Assembly: GCA_964016885.1 (NCBI GenBank) | Contig: OZ024743.1 | Span: 217,806,001-217,870,000 of the forward strand | Direction of reading: 5' to 3' | Length of the DNA: 64,000 nt | DNA from: Eledone cirrhosa | Taxonomy: Eukaryota | In this document: positions 27,776 through 41,900 of the stretch, piece by piece | Position numbering within the stretch: the first letter of the stretch is position 1 | Layout of the letters: each line of letters begins with the position of its first letter | Notes under the pieces: model-generated | Database searches by the model: none | What the model was told of the DNA's origin: nothing | What the model saw: the letters and a program-made list of their open reading frames with translations, nothing else | Translations under genes and position numbers: made by a program

Positions 27776-27828
27776 AGAAGAAGAAGAAGAAGAAGAAGAA
27801 GAAGAAGAAGAAGAAGAAGAAGAAGAAG
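27776..27828. repeat. (GAA)n microsatellite
   Basis: Directly visible. Confidence 0.97.
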
Positions 27829-27980
27829 ATATGAAAGGAGCAAAAAAGGAAACAGAAGTTGAATTTTCAAGGTTTCTATTTTCTTCTCCGAGTTTTCATT
27901 TATCTATTCACGTAGTTGTGTATGTATTAATTCATGTGCCTGATAGTCTATTATGGAATGTTGCTTACTTTTGTTTCATC

Positions 27981-28011
<31 letters not shown>

Positions 28012-28047
28012 ATGTGTATATATATATATATATAATGTATAATATGC

Positions 28048-28091
<44 letters not shown>

Positions 28092-28465
28092 TATACATTT
28101 ATACATTATATATTCATGAGCCTGTTTGTCTGAACAAATAATTTTGTTTTGTGTTTTTTTCCATCTCCTTCTATATGTCTCAGCGTGTGTATGTTTATGT
28201 GCGTTTATGTTAGTATGTATATATATGCGTGTGTGAGCGTGCGAGTGTATGTGTTGCTAGACATGTGTGTATATAATCGACAATGTAATGCTAAGGGCCA
28301 CGCACAAAATCAGCATTTCTTTGCATATGTTGTAGAAGCAAGAAAACAAAGGTAATTTGTCTTGTGCCATATGCTGGTTTATCAATAAATATTCATTAAT
28401 CTGGATAACTGTAACTGACGACCTAACTGATTGAATTATAGAAAAAAGATTTACTATATCTAACT

Positions 28466-28641
<176 letters not shown>

Positions 28642-28900
28642 ATTATCAATATATAGAATATACAATGGCGACCAACAAGTTCCTAGAAGACTTCAAGTGG
28701 AAGAATTTACTAAAATCTGTGCACACTGTGTCTATATTTTCTCCATTGTGTTGATATATCTGTAACATTGCTGATAACGCTGTGACTCACGTCGCTGGAA
28801 CGGTATTGGTACATACATATAAATATTCATACATATATGTGTATACATGATCATATATAATTGTATATATATACACACATGTATGCGTATATATATATAA

Positions 28901-28938
<38 letters not shown>

Positions 28939-29029
28939 CTTACTGCTTATGGTGTTCGTCTAACGATCGTTTGATTGTGAGTTCGATACATGGTCCGGAC
29001 GTCGTGTTGTGTTCTTTAGCAGGACACTT

Positions 29030-29224
29030 TACAAGAGTCAGATAAAAGGTTCATAGGCCGAAAAGTTCAGAGGCCAACAGAGATACTCTATGGAATGACA
29101 AATATAATCCCTGGAAAGAAACAATGCTATATTAAGAAGAGTTAAAATTAATGCATGTAATATTTCACAGCTCAAGCATCAATCCTTCATAGTCAGCCTA
29201 TGAACGTTTCGGCCCATTCTCGTA
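29030..29224. mobile_element. Tc1/mariner-type MITE, second copy (inverted relative to 10273-10489)
   Basis: aaaaggttcataggccga ... gtcagcctatgaacgtttcggcc..ctcgta; the interior matches the reverse complement of about 10338-10440. Confidence 0.7.
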
Positions 29225-31159
29225 TTTTATTCCATAGGGAAAAATTAATTGTACCTGTAATTCAGATATTGTGTTACACTGAACATCCCTAAGTAGTACA
29301 TTAACAAATATTAATCGATGAACTTGAGACAATATTGAAAGAACACTTTACGAGATTTGTCGAAAATTTAAAGAAATATTCATACAAGTGTGAAATGAAA
29401 AACAATAAGGTAATTCCAATAAATGATCTAGCTGTCTCAAGAATAAGGAATATTTATAATATTCGTAAGTAGATGATAAGTGAATTATCAAGGCTAGACA
29501 GGTAGACTAGATTGCTGGATTGGAAATACACTAAACCAAATCTATTTACTACGTACAAAGAGAGGAAGGGCTCTTATGTAACTGGAAAAGTATTAATTAG
29601 ATATATATACCTAGACTGCACAAATAACTACTAACGGATAATGTAAGACTGAAATAAATAGTTATAAAATAGGAACAAAACAAAAACATTTTCTGTCTTC
29701 AAATAAGCTAACAAATAGAAAACTGAGACTGAAATCGGAAGAGAGGAGACACAACAACAGATACTGAGAAAAATCTATAAACTAATTTATAAATAGCTCT
29801 TCAACACTGCATGCTAAAACGTTTTCAAAAAAAGTTTCTGCTTGGCCATTACCTGAAAGGAAAAAATATATCTGAAGAGAGAAGTAAATGAGAAAGACAA
29901 ATCTTACATGTCAAAACCGCATTTTTAAATCAACAATACATACAAGATCATGCTGCAGTCTCATTTGATACTTCTGATGTAAAGACAAAAAAAAAGTCAG
30001 CACGTCGACTTCTAAAAAGTAGCCATTATTGAAATGTTGACGAATACTTTTGGTGACAAGATCATTGAACGAGATTTTCGAATATCTGGGCTGCAACGCC
30101 ACTTCCCCAAGGGCGTCAGGATTTATATTTAGAAAATTGCCTTGCTATATTCTTTCGGGTTCCTTGCGATTCTGAGTTCAAATTCCACCGAGGTCAAATT
30201 GCATTTCCCGCTCTATCTCGTTCTCACTTCCACTTGTTTACCTTCTGTGGTAGAACGGATATGTTCCGACTTCGAAGGGGATGGACAGTGGCACTCACTA
30301 CCAACGTAATTAAACAAATGAAATTGAAACACTAATAAGGACAAATATATTTGGAATGGCTCTGCACGGCAACTACAATGTGATTCGAGAGTGTACCGAT
30401 TTTCGAATAAAATAGTTTTTTTTATCGACTCTCGGATACTCAATAGCTTCTATTCTCGGAAGCCGTGGTGAAACCAATCGAATTTCTTACGTAACAGAAA
30501 AACAACGCGGACTTGCAGTGACATGTTTGATTTTGCGGTTTATTAACTTTAGTGCTTAAGTATAATACTTACATTTGCCTGAATCTATATATATATATAT
30601 AAAAATACATATATATATATGTATGTATATATGTGTATAAATATATATATATATATACTGTATATACATATATATATATGTGCGTGTACATGTGAGTGTG
30701 TGTGTGTGCTTGTGTGAATATCGGAGAGAGAGGATGAGAGGAAGAAAGTAAAATAAAGCAAAATAAAAGAAACAAAATAATAAAATTGTAAAATCTAAAT
30801 AAACAATAGTTTTTCACCATTTTTCCAGCTACTATAGTACATTATTTTATCTTTATTTTTTTTTTTTTGTGGAATAAAGACTTACATAAAGCAGAAAAAA
30901 TACTGAATTTTTTTATATAGATTTTTACCAAAAAAAAAGATTCCTCCAACACGTAATATCTCTATTGCGTAGTTACATAATTCTGTAAACTGTCCATATT
31001 TCAATATACTCTTGTGGGTGATGGGGTAAATTTATTTTTACTTTTGTTCCTCCAGTTTTTCCCTCGATCATGTTCTCGTTCTATTTCTCTTTCTTTTCTT
31101 TTTTTTCCTGGCATTGCAGGAGTTATTGTCACCATCTGCTTTACGACAGCTACTGCTGT

Positions 31160-31900
31160 TAATGATGAGGACGGGGAGGATGGGAAGGATATCATGATAA
31201 TGATAATGATGACTGTGTTGGTGGTCATAGTGGTGATGATGATGATGATGACGATGGCGATGATGACGATGATGATGATGATGATGATGACGATGATGAT
31301 GGTGGTGAGCGTGATGATGATGATGATGATGATGTTGACAAGGCTGATTATGTTGATGATGATGATGAACGAGAAATGTTCCTTTCACTTTCTCTCACTG
31401 ACGTTACTATTGTTGCACTCTGCTTATTGAGCTTAGAATCTCGGGTGACATTCTTGTTGTTCTTATAATTGTTCTTGTAGCTGTTGACACGTTTACTATT
31501 GTTGCTACTGCTGTTGTCGCTACTGTTACTGCTGCTGTTGCTACTGCTACTACTGCTGTTGCTACAGTTACTGCGGTAAATGTTTTTCACTACGTATGTG
31601 ATGTTATTTTTTTTTTTTATTATTATTTCTACGAACATTCTCATTCACTGATATCCACTTGTTTGTTTTTGTTTGTCTTTGTTTGTTTTTGTTTGTTCTT
31701 GTTTGTTTGTTTTTAAGAAGTGGTGTGGGGGTATTTACATAATTTTGCTATTATTTTTTGTTGTAGTTGTATTTACAAATGTTGATGTTGTAGTTCATCT
31801 TTTTCGTTATCTTCTTCTTCTTCTTCTTCTTCTTCTTCTTCTTCTTCTTCTTCTTCTTCTTCTTCTTCTTCTTCTTTGTCTTCTTCTTCTTCTTCTTATA
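31160..31900. repeat. Cluster of trinucleotide microsatellites (GAT)n, (CTG/CTA)n, (TTC)n
   Basis: Directly visible; the source of the poly-M/H/S/L ORF artefacts. Confidence 0.95.
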
Positions 31901-32074
31901 TATATATAATGCAAGAAACAAAGAAAATATTAGTGATACGAAAATATTTCCAGGTCGAAGTTCAGGTAAACTCTGGGTGTAGATCCAGTTTCAGAGTGAA
32001 AATCTAATTTGAAAATACAACGAATTTGAGAGGTACGCGTAGGCGTTGATATATATATATATATATATATATAT

Positions 32075-32912
32075 AGTGGTAAAATAATGGAAGGTAATAT
32101 CCGGAGTGGTAGAGCACTCAGTCCATGGGACAAGTTAGGTAGAAGTGGTTACACAACAGTTAGTTCACAATACTGAGAACAATTGTTTCTCCTTAGCGGA
32201 TGCTCAGCTCGTGATGGGCATGGTTATACGGAACAGAAAGGACAACCTATGAACACGCATGTGCAAAAACGTTCACTTCACACAGGCAATACTAAAATGC
32301 GTGCGAAAGTCCGAACAATTTATAGTTGATAAGAAAATTAGGATGTTGTTGTAATTCAATCCGGAGCTTTGTAGTTACGTAAGAGGTGTTTCGAGATGTG
32401 TGGACAACGTGTGAAGAATTCATTCTCGTGTTTAGGCAATCGCTATTGCATAATCCTTTAGAATATTTATTCGTTCATCAATACATAGTCCACACGACGG
32501 ATTTCCCCTTTCGTATGGCTTGGACTTAGTGATGGCTTTCCATTGAATGGAGTAGTCTATATTTGAGTCCTTGAGGAATCATATGTGGCTCGCGAGTTTC
32601 GTGGATAAACGTCTGTCCAGGTACCTAAAGGTCGACTGGTGGTTCAGGAAGCGTTCCTTAAATCGGCCCTCCGCCATACCCACATAGGAATTGACATCCT
32701 GTGGTTGATTTGGTCGGTTGGAAGTGACCAGAGCTTCATAAACTACAGCGGGTGTGTTGCATTGCTGTTGTCCCCTTCAACCGACCAAATCAACCACAGG
32801 ATGTCAAATCCTATGTGGGTATGGCGGAGGGCCGATTTAAGGAACGCTTCCTGAACCATCAGTCGACCTTTAGTTACCCGGACAGACGTTTATCCACGAA
32901 ACTTGTGAGCCA
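32075..32912 (-). mobile_element. Penelope-like element remnant: GIY-YIG endonuclease C-terminus and 3' pseudo-LTR with an inverted partial duplication
   Basis: The minus strand translates as ..SYVGMAEGRFKERFLNHQSTFRYLDRRLSTKLASHI*FLKDSNIDYSIQWKAITKSKPYERGNPSCGLC.., the typical PLE GIY-YIG tail. 32586-32728 is duplicated in inverted form at 32770-32912. Confidence 0.88.
32175..32210 (-). ncRNA. Minimal hammerhead ribozyme-like motif in the PLE pseudo-LTR (core substitution at G8)
   Basis: gag-CTGAGCA-tcc-gctaa-gga-GAAA-caattg-TT-ctc: stems I and II plus a palindromic stem III; the core differs from CUGANGA at one position. Confidence 0.6.
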
Positions 32913-32913
32913 G

Positions 32914-33214
32914 TCTTCGGAGCATTTTTCAATGCTTGTACTTATAATTGACCTCCTATCCAACGCAAGAGACATACAGATACATATATATATATTGATG
33001 TACAGTGGAGTGACATATATTATACTATACTATATTTTTACAGCAATTCAAATTTAAAATTACTTTGATTTTAAATTTGAATTGCTGTACAAATATAGTA
33101 TAGTATAATATATGTCACTCCACTGTACATCAATATATATATATGTATCTGTATGTCTCTTGCGTTGGATAGGAGGTCAATTATATGTACAAGCCTTGAA
33201 AAATGATCCGAAGA
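32914..33214. repeat. Long palindrome (arms about 147 bp, 7-bp spacer), probably a second PLE terminal fragment
   Basis: 32914-33060 is the reverse complement of 33068-33214 with few mismatches. Confidence 0.92.
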
Positions 33215-33379
33215 ATCGAAGCCTAGGTTTGGATGAAACAATTGTAAGTGAATAAATGCTTTGAACATAGCTTTGATTCTTTTGAATTATATATATATAT
33301 ATATATATACATTGCCCATTGAGTGCGCTGAGATACAACCGGTACTGGCATTGATAAATATGGTGTGTCCGTCAACACT

Positions 33380-33460
<81 letters not shown>

Positions 33461-34750
33461 TACATATATAAACATATACTATATGTTTCTATACAATAGA
33501 CATATGAGTGGCTTCGATATCAAAGAAAATTATTTCTAAATAAGTACCGGTTGAGTGAGTTTAACAAATCTTGAAACGGAGCTGTCACAGAGACGAATAG
33601 AAAAAAAAAGGGAGTAATACATTTTTCCTCGCGAAAACTTATTTTTCTTTGATAGCGTGGCTACCCTTAGGTTTATTGAATATGAACATATAGTATATGT
33701 TTATATATATTTTTATAAATATCCATATTATGTTTAAATGCTGTTTTAGAGCTAGTGCCAATATGAATATATATATATATATATGTGTGTGTTTGTGTGT
33801 GTGTGTGTGTGTATGTGTGTGTGTGTGCGTGTGCGTGCGTGTGTGTGTCCGTGTGTCTGTGTGTGTGTGTGCGTGTGTGTGTGTCCGTGTGTCTGTGTGT
33901 GTGTGTGCGTGTGTTTATATGTGTGTGTATCTGTTTCTGTATGCATAAGCTTAGATGCATGTCCGTATTTATATATGTATGTATGTAAGTATGTATGTGT
34001 GTATACATGCATGTATGTATGAATGTATTTATGTATGCATCTTCTCTGTTTCTATACCACATGCCAAGTTTTACGTCTTGAATGTCGGTTTATATATTTC
34101 TATTAATAATGATTCCTTTCCTAATATTGTAATTTAGTGTTTTTATTTCCTTTAGTGTTGTTTTTGTGGAACTCTATAAAAGATGGTTATGTTATCAAGT
34201 AATGTTTTTTATATCCAGTTTTGTTTGTGTTCAGTAATGTAATGCATCGTAAGAGCTCATTTCGTGTTGGTTGGCCATATATGTTACAACAAGGAGCTAT
34301 TACTGCACATTAGAATGGAGAATACGAAACAAAGCTAGATAGAAAAGCAGTAGTTGATAGCATTACAGAATTCCACACATAAAATACAAATATAACATAA
34401 ACACTATATATAATGTACTATCCTCAGAATATATTATGAAAGTAACTTAAAGTTTATAAAACATTATTAAACTGGTAAGGATGAGTTTGTCAGCTATATA
34501 ACAATCACAGTAACGATTATGCCTGCTGGAAGAACAAATACACTAATGGTTCTACTATCATCATTTCATTAAGATGATGTCTGTGTGGCGTAGAAACATT
34601 TAAGCATTTAGGAATGTTGTTCTTCGAAACTAGAGATAAACGGCGAAAAAAAATTAGGAAAGATGTCATTAATAGAAAGATTAAATACAGACACTGTGCT
34701 GTCTTCAATGTATTATATTTAGAAGAAAAGATCTCCATTATGTATATATT

Positions 34751-34830
<80 letters not shown>

Positions 34831-34996
34831 TTTGTGTATGAATAAATGCAAAGTGCGCTTGCGTGCCCGTTTGCTTTTTGTATCTCTTTATTCTTCTATG
34901 TAACATCATGTGTATGTTTGTTTATATATTTGTTTCTATATTAATATACACATGCACCAATATGTGTAAACGTGTAGGTCTCTCTCTCCCTCCCTC

Positions 34997-35039
<43 letters not shown>

Positions 35040-36760
35040 TCAATGCACGATCAAACCATTGAATATCCGTCTCAAAGAACATCTCAACACAAATGCATCC
35101 TACTTCAAGAAACAAATAAATGCAAAGGCACAGATAAAGATGTAACAATTACTATCGAAGCCAAGACGTCATTTCAAAATTCCACCTCAATACTACAAAT
35201 TTCGTTTACTCTTAATATATGGCACTATTTATTTTAAAGGTCAAAAACTTGGATCGTCATTTTAAGGACTTCTCTCCATAGCTGAACATTTAAGAACTTA
35301 TGCTTATTAGTTCGCCATACTGATTTAAAATTACTCTATTGGTGTTACTCTATTGAACAGCAACTAAATACAATAATTCTCTTTGCTAACACGCAATAAA
35401 AAAAGCTGTTGGAATTTATGTTATTGTATATCTTTTACCTCTTTCGTTGTTATATTTCTAATGACACACTATACCTCAAATAATTAATAAAGAATTTACT
35501 AACCGAATCTATCATAATAGCCAAACACAAACCACAAATCAACAACATAATACAACTTGAGGCCCAGAGGATAGCATAGACATACCATTACCACACTTAA
35601 TTCTTCAAAAATAAAAACAATCATAACTTAGCTCAGAATATGTTTGCAGAAGCCTGCTATAGTACATATTCACAAGTAACAATACATGGACAAGAAGACA
35701 TTCAGTCCTGCAGATCTTCGCCCAAAGTTAATCGGGTATTTCATAATTTAAATTAGTAAATGTCATAAATCTAGTTCTAAAAATGAAAATTTTTTTTTTT
35801 AATATATGCCTCCTTAACTCGCAATTCTTTTCTTGTTTTCTTTTTTTTTCGAAACGTTTTGTCAGACAGGTGTCAGACAGGTGTCCTCAAACGATTGCAA
35901 CAGAAACACGAGAGTTAGAGTAGCTTTTAATCCAGCGATGGGATTTAAACACAGAACGCAAAGAGATGAAATATAATATATACAACAATCCTTCTTGTCT
36001 GACACTCTAAAAATACTGGCAACATACTACGTTAGACTGTTGCTTTATTTATCGACCACAAAAGGATGAACTGTAAAGGTGACCTCAATGGGATTTGTAT
36101 TCAGAGCGAAGAGAGCCGGAACAAATACAACAATGTATTTCGTCTTACTCCCTATATCCCCCCCCCCCATCTCAGCGATTTTAAGAGGAACAGAAACAAG
36201 AGATGTAAACTACATTTGAGGAAAATTATTCTCATAACGTGAAGATACTTGTGTGTCCAGAAGTAAGTCATACACACAAATATTAGAAATATATTAGGAA
36301 TATTCAAAGGAACGCTTGCAATTTGGTTTTATTCATTCGATTACTAATGATACAGAACTTGAGTATTTCTTATACAAAAATACACCTGAAAATAATGAAG
36401 CCTTCTAAATGAAATGTCATCTAGATAGAAGTAAAGGACATATATTAAATTTTCAAGACCAATCTTGAATTTCTTAATGTCTTTACTTAAGGCGCTTCTC
36501 ATATTTAAAGAGTAATAGAGGCGACTCCAATGATGTCTATTAACATAGCTAAACAAGAACGTTACTTATAATCTGAGACTATATGATGTCATTGCATGTA
36601 ATAGACATATCTAAAGAATTTTCTTTGAATATCCATCTTAACGTAAAATACAAGTGCACGCATTTACATAAACGCACGCACACATAAACATACGCACACG
36701 CACGCATTTACATAAACGTGCACATATATACATATCCAAATAAGTATATATGTATGCAGG

Positions 36761-36791
<31 letters not shown>

Positions 36792-37001
36792 ATGTGAATA
36801 TATCTATATCTACATATATATTTACACAACAGATGTCCGACGAGCTTTTGATTCCAGAGTAGGACCAGATCGATGATACTGATCGAACCATGAGCTGATC
36901 AATAGCGAAACGTGCATTACCAAGCAATAAACATAATGACGACATAACAGATCGTCCTTTTACTATTATTATTATTATATATATATTATTATATATATAT
37001 A

Positions 37002-37198
37002 GGGGTGGTAGATTGACAGAATCGGTAGAGCGTCAGACACCATGCTTTCTACCATAGTTACGTCCCTTTACAGTCTGAGTTCAAATCCCGCCTAGGTTAA
37101 CTTTGCCTTTCATCCTTACGGGGTCGATAAAATAAAATACCAGTAATGTACTGAGTAATTGCTGGCCTTGTGCCTAAAGTAGAAACAATTATTATTAT

Positions 37199-37200
<2 letters not shown>
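37002..37200 (+). mobile_element. Family-1 tRNA-derived SINE, full length
   Basis: Box A-like tgacagaatcgg, box B gttcaaatcc (37079-37088), central gcctttcatccttacggggtcgataaaataaa domain, tail ggccttgtgcctaaagtagaaacaattattatt. Confidence 0.92.
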
Positions 37201-37257
<57 letters not shown>

Positions 37258-37260
<3 letters not shown>

Positions 37261-37564
37261 GACGCATGGGTTAGTGGTTAGGGTATTCGGCTCACAAATT
37301 CGATTCCCGTCGGTGTCTTCTGTCGTTCAGCAAGACAATTCATTTCACTTTGCTCCAGTCCACACACCTGGCAAAAATCAGTTGTGCTTGTAATTACAAT
37401 ATTTCAGCCTTGTCACATTCTGGGTCACGCTGAATCTCACTGAGAACTTCGTTAAGTGTTACACGTGCTTATGGAATGTTTAGCTACTTACAGGTTAATT
37501 TCACGAGCAAGCCGTTGATCATATAAACTGGAACACTCTCCGTCTAAACTGATGGAGTGCCAGT

Positions 37565-37565
<1 letters not shown>
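37258..37565 (+). mobile_element. Family-2 tRNA-derived SINE, about 300 bp
   Basis: Box A-like tgggttagtgg, box B-like ttcgattcc, body agcaagaca..tttcac..tgctccagtccac; head fragments at 2975, 11190 and 28945. Confidence 0.75.
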
Positions 37566-37641
<76 letters not shown>

Positions 37642-37857
37642 CTATCTATCTATATATATGCATATATATATATATATATATATATCTATATATATGCATA
37701 TATCTATATTACCCTTGCATTTGAATAAGCGGTTCAATCATGCATTAATATACAGACTGTGTCTTGAGGTCTTTCATTGCCACGGAGATTAGATATTTAC
37801 TTCTTTCTATAAATAAAACATACACACACACACATATATATATAAATATATATAAAT

Positions 37858-37926
<69 letters not shown>

Positions 37927-38703
37927 GTGGGTTTTTTTTTTACAAATTGAATAATAACCGAGGTGTCCTACACGAGTGAAAGTATAAAGAAAAAGAGATG
38001 AAATCGAAAATGCAACTGGAGTCTTATTTTTTTTTTAAATATATATATTTATTTGGTTCCTTTATCGGTTTCGCAGTTCTTCTGCTTTTCAAGAGTAGAG
38101 TTGAGATGGAGGGTCTGTGGTTTTTCTCACATATATCACATATATATATATATATAGTATGTTACATGCCAATGCAACACTGCGCCTTCTATTAAACCAT
38201 TCCAAGATCTATGTGTCGTCATTATCTCAATCTAGTCTAGGAGCTGTTACTCAAATAAAGTAATCAAAACAACTAAAATATTCTAAAATATAAACAGAAT
38301 TAGTAAATACAATGTAACTTCTCAGTACAAGAGCTCAGCTGGAGACAATAAAGGGTCGATAACCGAAAGTCTTTATATTATAATCACTACTAAAATAATG
38401 CCCACACAGCCATCCTTTGGCAAGTATTCTCTATAATCTAGTTTCACATCCACCGCTACATGAAGAATCTTTTTTTTCCTTTGTAATATTTTGTTTCTCG
38501 CAGATTTGGTTTAGCATTATTTTTTCTTACTTCCTTCCCTTAGTTTTCTATAGTTTTCTTTTCTTATTGTTATTCTTACTTACTCTTTATCTTTCTTCTT
38601 CGATAATATTCTTTCGTTATGTTGATAGTGTTATTCTTGTTGCTGTTGTTATTGTTGTGGTTGCAGTTTTTGTTCTTCTTCTTCATCCACTTATTCCTGA
38701 ATC

Positions 38704-38744
38704 TACTGCTGCTTCAACTACAACAAATACTACTGCTGCTGCTG

Positions 38745-38788
<44 letters not shown>

Positions 38789-38905
38789 GCTGCTGCTACT
38801 ACTACTACTACTGCTGCTACTACTACCACTACTGCTGCTGCTACTACTATTACTACTACTACTACTACTCATGCTGCTACTATTACTACTACTACTGCTG
38901 CTACC

Positions 38906-38954
<49 letters not shown>

Positions 38955-38955
38955 T
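38704..38955. repeat. (CTA/CTG)n compound microsatellite
   Basis: Directly visible. Confidence 0.97.
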
Positions 38956-41900
38956 TAGTGTCATGAATACTTTTAAATTTTAAACATGTCAAAATTTGTT
39001 TTCTTTAATTGATGTTTCTGTTGATGACGATAGAAGCTGCATAATGCCCAAATCATACCCATTAGAAACAAAAGAAACTTTGGAGAATATCTTCCAACGT
39101 GCATAAATATGTCTGGAAAACAACAGAAGAGACGGAATAGTCACGGCTCGGACGCCTTTTCATCAACAGTCTGCTTGAGCAGAACGTAAATGAGCCTAAG
39201 AAAATTGCATACATGGTCTCGTAATTACGGAACAAATCGTAGGGGCGCCGTATTGATATATGGCCTTTCTAGGGTACTTTTAATCCTGGCGGAGCCCATC
39301 TCCTCTCCAAGTCTGAATACAGTAAGTTTCTACCAGCGAACGATAGAAAGTGAGAGAATAGAAGTGAGAAAGAGATATAAAGGAAGAATCAACCCCCATA
39401 GTGTATTGGTACGTTTTTTATCGACCTTAAATGGATGATACGCAAAATTAACCTCAGCGGTATTTGAATTCAGAGGGCAAAAAGCCGAAAAGCATTCTAT
39501 CCGACGTTCTTACGACTGTGCCAATTCGTCACCTACAAGGCAACTATAGTCACAATATCCTTATCATCATTCTATTTAGAAGTTTGTTGCTCTTTTAGTT
39601 TGTCTTACTGCTTTCAGTTACTGGGTTGTGGTTACTTTGGAATATTATCCATATGGGATTTTAGTCTATTATATCGACAGTACTTTGTTTAGTACTAACT
39701 ATCCTTCAATTACGAAATTTCAGTCAGCCAAAAACGAAATTGAGTATATTGTAAGTGGAATATTGTCTCTTATCATCGAAAATCATGATGACAGCAAAAC
39801 ATAATCTACACAATATATATTAAGATCCAGAACATATAACAGAAGTACTTTTATGTGTGCACAACTTTTATTAATTAAGCAGCTTAGAATAATAACTTAC
39901 ATTTTTAAAGGCTTCATTTAGCGCGAAGAACATAAATGCAGGCTGCTTTAAATGAGATAGCGAACTGAAAATAATTTTCCATTAATTGAAATAACATTAA
40001 AGTAAAAAAGAATCATTAGCGTTAATGAAAGTCATTCTCAAAAGAAGAAAGGAGAATCTCCATAATTCCAATTAGCCAATGATTACATGTATGTAGGCAT
40101 GGCAGGAAAGACTCTCATTTCCGACTGAGTTTATGACACCTGCGGACTTACTTTGCTCTAAATGTATTTCTTGGTAAAAATTTAGTCTGCTCAATGACTT
40201 CTACAATTTGAGAAAAACTAATATTCATTGATTGGACAAATTAAAATAATAATATTGACATTGGAAACTTTCTCGGGGGGGTTTTCTCTAATTATTCTCT
40301 TACATCAGGAATATTTCCATTTATTTAGCTCTCCATTCTCAGATAAAGTTTCATAAATGCTAACTAATGACTGTTCTCGTGGGGGTTATAATTTCAATTA
40401 ATTAAAATAATTTTATTCTCAACATCTCACGTATATCAGCACACAGTTAATTATAGGTTATTCATGCTGGAGGCAACCTTGGCAACATTGCCAATATATA
40501 TATCTAGCAACGCAGTGTGACCGAACCCTGAACTCAACGTTTGCAAAACGAAATTATTACCCACAATGCTATGAGCGCATTAAACTATGCGTCTCTATAT
40601 CTATACGATTATGCATTTATATGTACAAGAGTATATATACGTATAGTTGTGTCTGTCTGTGTGTGTGTGATGTGGAAAAATAGAAATACGTCAATTTGGC
40701 ATAGCTACATGTCTAAACACTCATTATGTATATTTCTATATACATTTACACATACCCGGTTACATCTATACTATATATATACGGATATAAACGTAAATTA
40801 TATGTATGTGTATGTGTGCGCGCGTGTGTATGTGTGCACGCGCGCCTCTGGGTGTGCGTAGGTTTATAAGAGGTATCTATTTAACTACAGTATGTATATT
40901 TCATCAGAGAGGAGGCAAAACTAAAGAACTAGTTTCGGATAATTGTCTCAATTTTCAAATATAATCATATAACTCTATTCCTTAATCGCTTTTGTGTTTG
41001 TTTTGTTGTTCTAGTCAGTATCATAATAGGTTGAGGGTTCTTCTGAGCGTGTTGTTGGCCCTCCATAGAATAGTCGGATGATGGGGCTGCCATTGTGGTG
41101 ATCAGTCAACGCGCCGCGAGTCATCTTTCGAAAATGCGTAGCGGCTGGAACGGGACAGCCAACGCTGGAGGACACTGGTGCACCTAGTTGACTCTACGTA
41201 GGATGACTTCTCTGGGATCGCTGACGTAGGATGAATTGTGTCCCATCGAACAAGAGCAAGAAGTTTGCTTTGTGAGGACCTTTGGGGGGATTTTTTCTTT
41301 TTTTTTTCTTTTTAGTGATTTAGCCCATAATGGAATTGTATAGCTCATACAAAGGATACACACAAAAGTAGTAGGGGATTTGTTGATATTCATAAAACTA
41401 TTCATGCTGGTGACATCAAAGATGGTTGAACATATGCAAATGTATCTGCTTATATTTATGTTCATCAGAAAGCAATTACTGTAGCAACTAATAAATCCTT
41501 AATCCTTTCTAATCTCTACAACTAATCATTAATATTTAATACCCTTTCATCTATCGCTTTGATTCAAGCGTTATTTTCTTCTATTCTTCTATTTTTCATT
41601 TTTCTTATTTTAAGGAAGGAGGTTATGGCGTGGAAGTAGTTCTTCCGTGAGATTCTATTGTATTAGAAGGATATATGTGCATTACTGATGTATACACATT
41701 TTGAATATCTTTACAGGCAATATTTATTAGAATGCTGTTCAAGTGTGTATACATCTTTTGGGAAAATCCTGTATATGTAGAGGTTGGTGTCTGTATGTGT
41801 GCGTGTTTATAATGGGTTTTTACATGCACTCTTCATTTAATATCCATGACCCAATTTTTCAATTGTTACTCTTTATATGCCAGAGTTTATGAGTGTGTAT

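Noticed and set aside
31001-31909. Poly-Met/His/Ser/Leu ORFs (also poly-Thr 38417-38992)
   Set aside because: Trinucleotide microsatellites; no domain or splice context.
36880-36915. Further hammerhead-like fragments (also about 12680-12715, 38340-38375, 62660-62705)
   Set aside because: Only a GAAA(C) half or a CUGANGA half is present; the core or stems cannot be completed.
37002-37095. tRNA-like A/B boxes
   Set aside because: These are SINE heads with no complete cloverleaf.
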